A stretch of 64,000 nucleotides of DNA from Candidatus Marinacidobacterium sp. (GTDB lineage Bacteria; Acidobacteriota; Vicinamibacteria; Marinacidobacterales; Marinacidobacteraceae), in NCBI GenBank assembly GCA_965220965.1, contig OZ244852.1:1664001-1728000 (forward strand), written 5' to 3'. Made by a program: the position numbers and the translations under genes. Below the pieces are notes generated by a model. The model did no database searches. It had not been told where the DNA came from and saw nothing but the letters and a program-made list of their open reading frames with translations. Of the stretch, positions 18,346 to 29,594 are shown piece after piece; position 1 is the first letter of the stretch; every line of letters starts with the position of its first letter.

Positions 18346-19106
18346 CCCGACTCGTCTTCCGGCCCGGGGTCGAAGACGATGATCCGGCTGCACGAGTCGC
18401 AGGCGATCAGCTTTTTGCCGATGCGGATCTCCTCGAACACCTGGGGCCGCAGCCGGACGCTGCAGGCCGGACAGCGGGCGTCGGGGGTGACGACGACGGC
18501 GACGCCTTCGCGCGCCTGGCGGATCCGTTCGTAACGCTCGAGGTTCGCGGCCGGAAGCCCGGAGGCCGCCTCCGTCCGCCGGCCGGCCAGCGCCTCGCGC
18601 TCCGCCCGGCGCCGGTCCGCCTCGGCGCGGACCTCCGCCTTCTTCGCCTCGAACTCGGAGCGGGTCGCCTCGAACTCCCGTTTCCGGTCGCCGACCTCGC
18701 CCTCGAGCCGGTCCATGGTCTCCATGAGCGTCAGGATCTGGTCCTCGATCCCGGAGATCCGGGACTTCGTCGCCGCGATCTGCTTCTGGAGCGCCCGGTA
18801 CTCGTCGTTGGTCCGCGCCCCCATCAACTGTTCTTCGTACTTCGCCAGCGCAGACTCCGCGTCCTCGAGCTCTCCTTCAGTCCGGCGTCGGTCGGAACCG
18901 GCGGTCTTCAGCTCGTCCTCGGCGTTCGTGAGCCGTTCGCGCGCGTCGGCGATGCGGGCGTCGATCGCCTTGAGCGCGCCGGGGACGGCGGCCAGCTTCC
19001 CGTCGAGCGAGGCGATCTGCAGGTCGAAGTCCTGCACCTCCCGGAGAATGCCCAGCTCCGGAAGCACGATCACCCTCGGGGAGGAATCGAACGTCGGGAT
19101 CGCCAC
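18342..19106 (-). CDS. Coiled-coil protein with C4-type zinc ribbon (CT398/DUF164-like)
   Basis: Long helical region, then CPAC...CDSC; typical position downstream of rpoD-tRNA; start may be GTG at 19067. Confidence 0.85.
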   Translation of the reverse strand: MAIPTFDSSPRVIVLPELGILREVQDFDLQIASLDGKLAAVPGALKAIDARIADARERLTNAEDELKTAGSDRRRTEGELEDAESALAKYEEQLMGARTNDEYRALQKQIAATKSRISGIEDQILTLMETMDRLEGEVGDRKREFEATRSEFEAKKAEVRAEADRRRAEREALAGRRTEAASGLPAANLERYERIRQAREGVAVVVTPDARCPACSVRLRPQVFEEIRIGKKLIACDSCSRIIVFDPGPEDESG

Positions 19107-19119
19107 GGCGTCCCGGCGG

Positions 19120-19192
19120 TGGGCCCACCAGGGTTCGAACCTGGGACCAACCGGTTATGAGCCGGCCGCTCTGACCGCTGAGCTATGGGCCC
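19120..19192 (-). tRNA. tRNA with CAT anticodon, most likely tRNA-Ile2 (lysidine-modified)
   Basis: GGGCCCATAGCTCAGCGGTCAGAGCGGCCGGCTCATAACCGGTTGGTCCCAGGTTCGAACCCTGGTGGGCCCA folds as a cloverleaf; paired G1-C72 (not initiator); lies directly downstream of rpoD like ileX; followed by CCG, not CCA. Confidence 0.92.
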
Positions 19193-19232
19193 GCGCCGCC
19201 CACCCGGCGAAGGCCTCATATCGACATCCGCC

Positions 19233-20972
<1,740 letters not shown>

Positions 20973-21292
20973 CGAATCGGTCTCAGGCGGCTCCCGGGGG
21001 TCTCAGGCCGAAAGGCGCCAGAGCCGGGCCCCGGGACCCGGAAGGGCATGCAGGCCGGGAGGCGTCACGCGCGCGGCCCGGTCCTTCGCGGCGGACGTCG
21101 GGCGGAGGAAACCCTCACGCGAGAACCCGGTCCCGAGCGAAGCCGCGACGAGACCATCCGTGGGAGAAGTCGGGCCAGCCAATGTCGTTGCTTTCGACCG
21201 CGACCCCGCCTCGTCCCCACCGATCAGGGAACAGCGCCGCGGAACAGCAGCTTGGAAATCTAACACGCGGCGCAGCTCCAAGCCTTCCGAAG

Positions 21293-23056
21293 CTACCGCC
21301 CGGACGGCAGCAGGGCGTCGAGCTGCGTCGTCAGTTCCTGGAGCTGGCCCAGGACATCCGCCGTCGCGCTGCGACGGGCCTCCCCCTTGAGACGGTCGAG
21401 GCGCCGCCGGAGCGCGCGGACCCGCAGCGCGTGGAAGCAGTCCATCGGAGTCTGCCGCTTCATGTCGAGATCCACCTGCTCCATCTCGGCGCCGACGAGC
21501 AGCTCCTGGACCTCGCCCGGCTCGGAACCCAGGTCCGCCAGCCGGGTCGGCAGGTCCCCTCCCTCGTCCGCGACCGCCTTCAGTTCGGCGAGCACCGGCC
21601 CGAGCGCGAGACCGTCGAAGTCCTCCGGCGCCGCGGTCTTCAGGATCTCCGCAACCTCGTCCGGTCGTTTCCCGATCCACCGGATCAGGTCCCGCTCCGC
21701 CGGAAGCGGCGCTGGCCGCTCGGCTCGGCGCGTTCCGGCCCCGGTCTCGCCCTCGGCTTCCCGGGGCGCCGGCTGGCGCCCCCGCTTCGCCAGCGCCCGC
21801 AGCTCGTCCCGCGCAGCGCCCAGCGAGAACCCGAGTCCTCCCGCCGCCTCCGCGAGCCAGCTTTCCCGGTCGAGCGCGCTCGGCGCCCGCGCGATGACCG
21901 CCAGGACTTCCCGCGCCGCCTCCGCGCGATCGGTCGCGGGCCCGGCGGGGGCGGCGAGCGCTTCGTCCACGAGGAAGTCGACGAACCCGGGCGCGGCGGC
22001 CACCGCGGCGCGGACTGCGTCGCCTCCCTCCTCCCGGATCAGATCGTCCGGGTCGCGTCCATCCCCGAAGCGGGCCACCCGCACCCGGATCTGCGCCTCG
22101 AGCAGCACTGGAATGCTGGCGCGGGCGGCGCGCCGACCGGCCCGATCCGAATCGAACGCCAGGATGACCTCCCGCGTCTGGGCGGCGAGCAGCCGGGCGT
22201 GCTCCGGCGTGAGCGCCGTGCCGCAGACCGCGACCGCGTTCGGGACGCCCGCCTGCCACGCCGAGAGACAGTCGAAGTAGCCCTCCATCAGAATGGCCGA
22301 GCGCTCCCGGCGAATCGCCGGACGGGCGTGGTGGAAGCCGTAGAGGACGCTCCGCTTCTGGTAGACCGGCGAGTCCGGGCTGTTGACGTACTTCGGCTCG
22401 CTCCCGTCGAGGCTGCGGCCGGCGAATCCGGCGGCCCGGCCCGACCCGTCGAGGATCGGGACGATCAGCCGGTTCCGGAAGAAGTCGTAGTGGCCGCCGC
22501 GCTCCCCGGCGCGGGCGAGTCCCGCCTCGATCTGGACCGGCCTCGGGATCTTCTTCCGGGTGAGCGCCGCCGACAGCTCATCCCAGGCGTCGGGGGCGTA
22601 ACCGAGGCCGTGCTCGGTGATCGTGGCGGTCGTGAGGCCCCGTTCGCGGAGGTAGTCGAGCGCCTTCCGCCCCGCGGCGCGCCGGAGCGCGCGCCGGTAG
22701 AAGTCGAGCGCCCCGCGGTTCGCCTCCCGGATGGCCTCCGCCCGGGAAGCCCGTTCCGGGTTGCGTTCGGGAATGGGGATCCCGGCGCGCCGGGCGAGGG
22801 TGTGGAGCGCCTCGGGGAACGAGAGCCCCTCGCGCTTCATCAGGAACGAGAACGCGTCCCCGCTCTCCTTGCACCCGAAGCAGTGGAAGAACCCCCGCTC
22901 GGCGTTCACCTGGAACGAGGGCGCGGTCTCCTTGTGGAACGGGCACAGCCCGGAGAACCGGCCGGGTCCGGCCGGACGGAGCGCAACCTGCTCGCCGATC
23001 AGCTCGACGATGTCGGTGGCGTCGCGAACGCGGTCGCGGAAGCCGTCGTCGAGCAT
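21293..23056 (-). CDS. dnaG: DNA primase
   Basis: CPFH...FHCFGC zinc finger, KYVNSP, EGYFD, FDSDRAG TOPRIM. Confidence 0.97.
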   Translation of the reverse strand: MLDDGFRDRVRDATDIVELIGEQVALRPAGPGRFSGLCPFHKETAPSFQVNAERGFFHCFGCKESGDAFSFLMKREGLSFPEALHTLARRAGIPIPERNPERASRAEAIREANRGALDFYRRALRRAAGRKALDYLRERGLTTATITEHGLGYAPDAWDELSAALTRKKIPRPVQIEAGLARAGERGGHYDFFRNRLIVPILDGSGRAAGFAGRSLDGSEPKYVNSPDSPVYQKRSVLYGFHHARPAIRRERSAILMEGYFDCLSAWQAGVPNAVAVCGTALTPEHARLLAAQTREVILAFDSDRAGRRAARASIPVLLEAQIRVRVARFGDGRDPDDLIREEGGDAVRAAVAAAPGFVDFLVDEALAAPAGPATDRAEAAREVLAVIARAPSALDRESWLAEAAGGLGFSLGAARDELRALAKRGRQPAPREAEGETGAGTRRAERPAPLPAERDLIRWIGKRPDEVAEILKTAAPEDFDGLALGPVLAELKAVADEGGDLPTRLADLGSEPGEVQELLVGAEMEQVDLDMKRQTPMDCFHALRVRALRRRLDRLKGEARRSATADVLGQLQELTTQLDALLPSGR

Positions 23057-23145
23057 TGCGTCTGGGAGGGGTGAAGGCTGGCGGAAGGGTCGAAAGGGTC
23101 AGGATAATGACGGCCCCGGACGGGGCCTGTCACACCGAACGCGCC

Positions 23146-23961
23146 ATGAACGACGAGACCCTCCTGCGGATGCTCCGGGGGGTCGCCTCCGGGGGCGTGG
23201 CGCCCGAGGAGGCGGCGCGGAGGCTGCGCTTTCCGTTCGAGAAGATCGCGGAGGGGGAGGACACGCCGTTCGCCCGGCTGGACCACCACCGCGAGCTCCG
23301 GAGGGGATTTCCGGAGGTCGTTCTGGCCGAGGGAAAGACGCCGGAACAGGTCGTCTCCATCGCGCGGGCGATGGCGGGGCGCGCCGGCCAGACCCTCGTC
23401 ACCCGGGTGGCGCCCGAGGTCTCGCGGATGCTCTGCGAGCGGATCCCGGAGGCGATCGCCCATCCCGAGGCGCGCGCGGTGGTCGTGCGCCGGGTCCCGC
23501 CAACCCCGCTGGACGCGCGCATCGGGGTCGTTTCCGCCGGAACCTCCGACATCCCGGTGGCCGAAGAAGCCGCGCTCACCGCCGAGCTCATGGGCGCCGA
23601 GGTCCAGCGGACGTTCGATGTCGGCGTCGCCGGGATCCAGCGGCTGCTCGCCGAAGCGCCGGGCTTCGCGTCGCTCCACGCGCTCGTCGTCGTCGCCGGG
23701 ATGGAAGCGGCGCTCGCGCCGGTCGTCGCGGGGCTGGTCCCCTGCCCGTTGGTCGCCGTTCCCACCTCGACCGGGTACGGGGCGTCGTGGGGCGGACTCA
23801 CCGCCCTGCTCGCGCTGCTGAACAGTTGCGCCCCGGGGGTCACGGTCGTGAACATCGACAACGGGTTCGGGGCGGGTTACGCCGCGGCGCTCGCCGTGGC
23901 CCAGATGCGTCGACTCGAGTCGGCCGGGGCCTCAGGGGACGTCGCGCCGGACCGCGGCTGA
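23146..23961 (+). CDS. larB: Nickel-pincer cofactor biosynthesis protein LarB (PurE-like)
   Basis: ARLDHHRELRRGFPEVV, AGTSDIPVAEEA, DVGVAGI, PTSTGYG, VVNIDNGFGAG. Confidence 0.9.
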   Translation: MNDETLLRMLRGVASGGVAPEEAARRLRFPFEKIAEGEDTPFARLDHHRELRRGFPEVVLAEGKTPEQVVSIARAMAGRAGQTLVTRVAPEVSRMLCERIPEAIAHPEARAVVVRRVPPTPLDARIGVVSAGTSDIPVAEEAALTAELMGAEVQRTFDVGVAGIQRLLAEAPGFASLHALVVVAGMEAALAPVVAGLVPCPLVAVPTSTGYGASWGGLTALLALLNSCAPGVTVVNIDNGFGAGYAAALAVAQMRRLESAGASGDVAPDRG

Positions 23962-25296
23962 ACGCGCCGCGAGCCAGCCCGCCGCCAGCGGGATCAGGTA
24001 CTCGGCGGCGCGGAGACCGGGAGACAGGACCCACTCCGCTGTCGCTCCCGGCGGGGTCGTCCAGAACGGCTGGTAGCTGAGGACCGAGGTCAGCGAGAGC
24101 GCGAGCCCGGCGACGAACCAGCCCCGCCGTTCGGGGTGGAGCACCAGGAACGGAAGACACCAGAGGAGGTACCAGGGGTGCGCCACCGGCGCCAGCAGGA
24201 AGGCGCTCCCGGCGAGGAGCGCCATCCGGAGGGTGAGCGGCGCGGGCCGGAGAAGAAGCGCCGTTCCGACGGCGAGGAGCGCGAGGAGCGCCGCCGGGCG
24301 GGCGAGATCCCCGAGGGCCCACTCGAACCCGAGGAAGAGGCTCTCGTTGAAGCGCCAGTGGCGCAGGTAGTGAACCAGGCTGAACGACAGCTCCCCGAGC
24401 CGCGCCGGGACGCCGTCACCACCCGGGGCCGGCGCCAGGAACGGCAGGAGCGGGAACAGCGCCGCTCCGGCGCCCGCAGCGAGGATCCCGAGCCGCGCCT
24501 TCCAGCCCCGGACGCCGGCCGCCAGAAACGGGACGAGCGCGAAGCCGGCGAACTTGGCGGTCGCCGAGAGCCCCGCGAGGGCCGCGGCGGCGAAGGGACG
24601 TTTCGCGGCGGCGGCGAGCGCCACCGCGAGCAGCGCCACACCCAGCGCGTCGCCGTGCCCGCTCCCGGAGATCTCCACCACCGCGAGCGGGTTCCAGACG
24701 TAAGCGACGACCAGCAGCGGGTCGAGGCCGCGGCGCCGGAGGAGCGCGATGAGCGCCCAGACCAGCGCCGCCTCGGCGAGCGCGAACCCGAGCTTCAGGG
24801 TGGCCGCCATCGCCCGGGGCGACGGCGCCAGGCTGGTGACCGCCGCCGCGAAGAGCTGCGCCCCCGGGGGATAGATCGCCGGCAACATCCAGTAGGCGAC
24901 CTCCTCCCGCACCTCGGGAAGCCGCCGCCGGAGATCCTCCAGCTCGGGGTGATCGGGCGGGTGCGCCCAGGGGTCGAGGCCGGCCGCCACGACCTGTCCC
25001 TCCCAGACGGACCGGTAGAGATCCCCCGACAACACTGGCGGTCCCGCGAGGAAGAAGGCGCGCGCCACGACCCCGGCGGCCAGCGCGGCGATGAGCGCCG
25101 ACCTCCCGAAGGTTCGTCCGGCCAGGACCTCCCGCACGACCCAGACGAGGGGCGCGAACGCCGCCGCGTGGAGCAGAGCGTGGAGCCAGAACCCGGCCGA
25201 CCCCTCGAGAGTTCCCGAGGAGAGCGCCAGCGCGAGGGCCCCGAGCGTCGCCGCCTGCGCCGCGGCGGCCACCCACACCCTCCGGTTGCGCTCCAC
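23932..25296 (-). CDS. Polytopic GT-C glycosyltransferase (GT87/DUF2029-like)
   Basis: LSGDLYRSVWEG, IYPP, WNPLAVVEISGSGHGD, HPWYLLW; many TM segments. Confidence 0.75.
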   Translation of the reverse strand: MERNRRVWVAAAAQAATLGALALALSSGTLEGSAGFWLHALLHAAAFAPLVWVVREVLAGRTFGRSALIAALAAGVVARAFFLAGPPVLSGDLYRSVWEGQVVAAGLDPWAHPPDHPELEDLRRRLPEVREEVAYWMLPAIYPPGAQLFAAAVTSLAPSPRAMAATLKLGFALAEAALVWALIALLRRRGLDPLLVVAYVWNPLAVVEISGSGHGDALGVALLAVALAAAAKRPFAAAALAGLSATAKFAGFALVPFLAAGVRGWKARLGILAAGAGAALFPLLPFLAPAPGGDGVPARLGELSFSLVHYLRHWRFNESLFLGFEWALGDLARPAALLALLAVGTALLLRPAPLTLRMALLAGSAFLLAPVAHPWYLLWCLPFLVLHPERRGWFVAGLALSLTSVLSYQPFWTTPPGATAEWVLSPGLRAAEYLIPLAAGWLAARSAAVRRDVP

Positions 25297-25345
25297 GCCG
25301 CGAGTATCACCCCGGAAGCGGACGGGTCAGAATTCCCCGGACCCG

Positions 25346-26908
25346 ATGCCACTCGCCGAGGCGGTTCTGACCGCCTACTTCGCCGTCCTGCTCCTGCTGT
25401 CGATCTACGGCTCCCACCGCTACCGCCTCGTCTTCGCCGTGCTGCGCCACGGCGACCGCGCCCGCCGCGCCGCCGAGGCGATGCGCGCCGAGGGCGCCCC
25501 GAGGCTCGCGGCCGAACCTCCCGAGGTCCTCGTCCAGTTGCCGGTCTTCAACGAGCGCTACGTCGTCGAGCGGCTCGTCCGGGCGGTGGCGGCGCTCGAC
25601 TACCCGAAGGACCGCCTTCAGATCCAGCTCCTGGACGACTCGACCGACGACACCGGCGACATCGCCGAGCGCGCGGTCGCCGCCGCCCGGGCGGAGGGCG
25701 TGCGCATCGAACGCATCGCCCGCGCCGACCGGCAGGGGTTCAAGGCGGGCGCCCTCGCCGCCGGACTCCAGGTCTCCTCGGCGCCCTTCGTGGCCATCTT
25801 CGACGCCGACTTCGTCCCTCGCCCGGACTTCCTGAAGGCGACGCTCCCCTACCTGCTGGCGGATGACCGGACGGCTCTGGTCCAGGCCCGCTGGGAGCAC
25901 CTGAACCGCGGCTACTCCGGGCTGACCGAAGTCCAGGCCATCCTCCTCGACGGCCACTTCATCGCCGAGCACGGGGGCCGCCATGCGCTCGGGGCGTTCT
26001 TCAACTTCAACGGGACGGCCGGCGTCTGGCGGAAGCAGGCGATCGGCGACGCCGGCGGCTGGGCGGGCGACACGCTGACCGAGGATCTGGACCTCTCCTA
26101 CCGCGCCCAGCTCCGGGGCTGGAAGTTCGTGTTCGTCCCCGAAATCGGGGCCCCTTCGGAGCTCCCGGTCTCGATGAACGCCTTCAAGGCCCAGCAGCGT
26201 CGCTGGGCCAAGGGCTCGCTCCAGACCGCCAAGAAGCTGCTGCCGCAGATCGTCGCCTCGCGTCTCCCGCTGCGGGTGCGGGCCGAGGCGATCTTCCATC
26301 TCACCGGGAACCTCGCCTACCCGCTCATGGCGCTGCTCAGCCTGCTCATGGTCCCGGCGCTGCTGGCGCGGGTCCACACCGGCCTCGAGGAGATGGCGCT
26401 GCTGGATCTCCCGATCTTTGCGGCGGCCACGATCTCGGTCGTCGTCTTCTACGCGGTGGCGCAGCAGCAGATCCACCGGATGGGCGCGGAGCGCGGGCGT
26501 CTCGGCCCCCGCCTGCGGAGCATCCCCGGCGCCCTCGCGGTCGGCATCGGACTCTCGATCAGCAACGCCGCCGCGGTCCTCGACGGCGTGCTGGGCCGCC
26601 AGACCCCGTTCGTCCGCACCCCCAAGTACGGCGTGGCGCGCCGCACCGACGGCTGGCGCGCCAAGGCCTACCTCCCCCGGGAGTTCATGACGCCGGCGAT
26701 CGAGCTCACGCTGGGACTCGGGATGGCGGCGGCGACGGCCTACGCGGTGATCGCCGGGGTGGTCGCCTCGGCGCCATTCCTCCTGCTGTTCGCCGCCGGC
26801 TACCTCTACGTCGGGGGCCGTTCGCTCCTCGAAACGCTCCGCGCGCGGAGTGCGGCGGAACCGGCGCCCGCCCCCCGGCTGCGCCCGGCGGGCCCGCGCG
26901 CGGCATGA
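25346..26908 (+). CDS. Cellulose-synthase-like GT2 glycosyltransferase
   Basis: QLPVFNE, DDSTD, KAGAL, FDADF, TED, QQRRWAKG (D,D,D,QxxRW). Confidence 0.9.
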   Translation: MPLAEAVLTAYFAVLLLLSIYGSHRYRLVFAVLRHGDRARRAAEAMRAEGAPRLAAEPPEVLVQLPVFNERYVVERLVRAVAALDYPKDRLQIQLLDDSTDDTGDIAERAVAAARAEGVRIERIARADRQGFKAGALAAGLQVSSAPFVAIFDADFVPRPDFLKATLPYLLADDRTALVQARWEHLNRGYSGLTEVQAILLDGHFIAEHGGRHALGAFFNFNGTAGVWRKQAIGDAGGWAGDTLTEDLDLSYRAQLRGWKFVFVPEIGAPSELPVSMNAFKAQQRRWAKGSLQTAKKLLPQIVASRLPLRVRAEAIFHLTGNLAYPLMALLSLLMVPALLARVHTGLEEMALLDLPIFAAATISVVVFYAVAQQQIHRMGAERGRLGPRLRSIPGALAVGIGLSISNAAAVLDGVLGRQTPFVRTPKYGVARRTDGWRAKAYLPREFMTPAIELTLGLGMAAATAYAVIAGVVASAPFLLLFAAGYLYVGGRSLLETLRARSAAEPAPAPRLRPAGPRAA

Positions 26909-26915
26909 TTCCCCC

Positions 26916-27518
26916 GTGAACTCCCTGACCGAGCGGGCGCTCTTCTTCGCCGCCGGCATCGCCTTCGGGATCCTGATCGGGGTGCTGTTCGCCAGCGCCC
27001 CCGACGCCCCCGCCCCGGTCGCAGCGTCAGCGGGCGGCGCGGCGCCCTCGGCGGCGGCCCCCGGGCCGGACCGCGCGCCGGCCGGACCCGACCGGGTGGA
27101 CCCGGACCTCCTCGAATCGCTGGTGGCGCAGGTCGAGTCGCGCCCCGACGACCCGCAGGCCCGCGCCGATGTCGGCGAAATCCACCTCCAGGCGCGGGAC
27201 TTCACCCAGGCGGTCTACTGGTTCCAGCAAGCCCGGAACCTCGACCCGTCCGACCTCGAGATCCAGGTGCGGCTGGCGTTCGCCTACCTCGGTCAGGGTC
27301 AGGTGGGACGCGCCGCCGAAATCTACGAGGTGGTCCTCGCCGCAGACCCGGAGCACCTCCTGGCCCTCATCGGGCTCGGCCAGATCCGCCTCTTCGCCGA
27401 ACAGGATCTGGAGGCCGGCATCGCGCTCTGGGAGCGGGCGATCGCGGCGCATCCGGAGAGCGAGGAGGCCGACGCGCTGCGCGCCCGGCTCTCAACGCTC
27501 CAGGAGGCGCATCCGTAG
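26916..27518 (+). CDS. Membrane-anchored TPR protein
   Basis: N-terminal TM helix followed by about three TPR-like repeats. Confidence 0.8.
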   Translation: MNSLTERALFFAAGIAFGILIGVLFASAPDAPAPVAASAGGAAPSAAAPGPDRAPAGPDRVDPDLLESLVAQVESRPDDPQARADVGEIHLQARDFTQAVYWFQQARNLDPSDLEIQVRLAFAYLGQGQVGRAAEIYEVVLAADPEHLLALIGLGQIRLFAEQDLEAGIALWERAIAAHPESEEADALRARLSTLQEAHP

Positions 27519-27545
27519 GCCCCGATCCCTGGGACCGGGCCCCGC

Positions 27546-28484
27546 TCAGCGCGCGCCGAACCGGAAGACGAAGTTCAGGAGCGGCAGGAAGCCGCCGTCC
27601 TGTCCGACGGCGTAGACCAGCGCCAGATCGGCGGACATCCGCTCCCCGAGGAACCGGACGCCTCCGGAAACCAGCGGATTCGTGACGCCGGGGAAGATCC
27701 AGTTCTCGCTGACGAGGGCGAGGCGCCGCGTGATGCGCCGCTCGCCCCCCAGCATGAGCATCGGCTTGTCGGCGAGCTCATCGTCCGCGTAGCCGTAGCC
27801 GATCCCGGCGGTCACGCTGGCGTCGGGGGTCCCGTAAGTGGCGACCGAGAAGGCGATGCCGGCGCTGTCGGCGTCCTCATCGCCGGGGAGGACAGCGAAT
27901 ATCGCCCCCACGCCGACATGGAGGCGATCGTTCACGCTCCAGCCGAACTTGGGGGTCAGGAAGCCCACCTGCTCGTCGATGGACGTCCCCGGGAACAGCG
28001 ACATGCCGGCCCCGAAGGTGAAGTTGTCGGTGACGCCGTAGGTGACGCTCGGGAAGAAGAACAGGTGATCGGCGACGTAGCCGCCGCCCTTCGGGAGCGG
28101 CCGGGCGGTCGGGGCGAAGAAGAGCCGCGACTGGTTCGGGTTCGGGAACCAGTACTCGCCGCCGTGGATCGAGCTGGCGGGCGCGACCCGCAACTCGCGG
28201 ATTTCGGCGATGGGAACCGTGACCTCCAGTTCGCCGCTGCGGAAGCGGACTTCTTCGGCGCCGATCTCCTCGATGCGGCCGACCAGCTCGGAGCCGCCCT
28301 CGAGCACCAGGATCTGGACCTCGTCCGGCCCCGGAAGCGACAGCGCCACCGCGTCGTCCTCCCCGCCGGACTGCGCGCCGGGCTCCGCCGGCTGGGCCCG
28401 GAGCGCGCCCGGCGCGAGCAGCAGCGCCGCGCCCGCCGCGACCCGAAGCAGCGCGAGCCGCCTCGCACAGTGCGTCATCCTCAT
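27546..28484 (-). CDS. Exported hypothetical protein (possible beta-barrel C-terminus)
   Basis: Signal peptide, amphipathic strands, C-terminal LNFVFRF. Confidence 0.7.
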   Translation of the reverse strand: MRMTHCARRLALLRVAAGAALLLAPGALRAQPAEPGAQSGGEDDAVALSLPGPDEVQILVLEGGSELVGRIEEIGAEEVRFRSGELEVTVPIAEIRELRVAPASSIHGGEYWFPNPNQSRLFFAPTARPLPKGGGYVADHLFFFPSVTYGVTDNFTFGAGMSLFPGTSIDEQVGFLTPKFGWSVNDRLHVGVGAIFAVLPGDEDADSAGIAFSVATYGTPDASVTAGIGYGYADDELADKPMLMLGGERRITRRLALVSENWIFPGVTNPLVSGGVRFLGERMSADLALVYAVGQDGGFLPLLNFVFRFGAR

Positions 28485-28582
28485 GGGATTGTCCCTCCCG
28501 CCCCGGCTCTACGGGAATCGCGCCGTCAGGTTCCGTTGAGCCTTCGTCCTCTGGCAGCCGACGGACGCACAATGGAGGCGCC

Positions 28583-29536
28583 GTGGCCGAGCTGACTCCC
28601 GCGCCCGCCGGAGGACCACCGGTCCCCGCGCCGCGCTGGGCGGATGCGGTCGCGGCCGAGGCGCGGCTCCGCACCGTCTTCGCCGCGAGCCCGCTGGTGA
28701 GCGCCGGAAAGGATGTTGCGGAGGGACTGCTGCTCAAGGCGGACACCCGGCTGCCGACGCGCTCCTTCAAGGTGCGGGGCATCTGGGACGCGGTCGCCGG
28801 CCTGTCGGACGAGGCGGTGGCGCCCGGGCTCTCGACGGTGAGCGCCGGCAACACCGCGCTCGCGCTGGCGTGGGCGGCGAAACGGCGCGCCGTGACCGCC
28901 CGGTCGCTCCTCCCGGACACCGCGCCCGCGACCAAGACCGAGGGGTTCCGCGCCGCCGGCGGCATCGTCCGCAGCCGGCCGGTTCCGGAACTCTTCCGGT
29001 TCCTCGCCGAGCGCGCCTGGGAGCGGGAGCCCTACGCCTTCGTCCATCCGTGGATCGAGCCGGCGGTCCACCGGGGCCACGCGAGCCTCGCGGTGGAGCT
29101 GCTCCGCGAGGCGCCCGACATCGAGTCGGTCTTCGTCCCGGTGGGGGGCGGCGGGCTCCTGATGGGAGTCGCGGGGGCGCTGAAGGACCGGCGGCCCGAG
29201 CTGCGGGTGTTCGCGGTGGAGCCGGAAGGGTGCTGCGCGCTCCACCGGAGCCTCGAGGCGGGGCGGGCCGTCGGCGCGCCCTGCCGGACGGTGTGCGACG
29301 GGGTGGCCGTGCCGTGGCTGTCAACGGAGCTCTACCCGGCGCTCGCCGGCCTGGTGGACCGCACAGTGCTCGTTCCCGACGCGGAGACGCTCGAGACGGC
29401 CGACGAGCTCATGCGGCGCCACGGTCTCGCGACCGAGCCCTCGGGGGCGCTGGCCACCGCCGGGGCGCTGCGGATCCCGGTGGAAGACCGCGGGCTGAGC
29501 GTGGCGCTCCTGACCGGAGCGAACGCCCAGGCGTAG
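28583..29536 (+). CDS. PLP-dependent threonine/serine dehydratase family protein
   Basis: RSFKVRG, SAGN, VPVGGGGL, EPSGA. Confidence 0.85.
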   Translation: MAELTPAPAGGPPVPAPRWADAVAAEARLRTVFAASPLVSAGKDVAEGLLLKADTRLPTRSFKVRGIWDAVAGLSDEAVAPGLSTVSAGNTALALAWAAKRRAVTARSLLPDTAPATKTEGFRAAGGIVRSRPVPELFRFLAERAWEREPYAFVHPWIEPAVHRGHASLAVELLREAPDIESVFVPVGGGGLLMGVAGALKDRRPELRVFAVEPEGCCALHRSLEAGRAVGAPCRTVCDGVAVPWLSTELYPALAGLVDRTVLVPDAETLETADELMRRHGLATEPSGALATAGALRIPVEDRGLSVALLTGANAQA

Positions 29537-29594
29537 CTGTCCGCCCCGTCCCGTATCATCGGCGACCGGGTCGCGAAGGCCCTCGGGAGGGTGC

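Noticed and set aside
19120-19192. tRNA as an integration site
   Set aside because: No duplicate of its 3' end and no integrase seen; flanking genes follow the usual rpoD-tRNA-zinc ribbon order.
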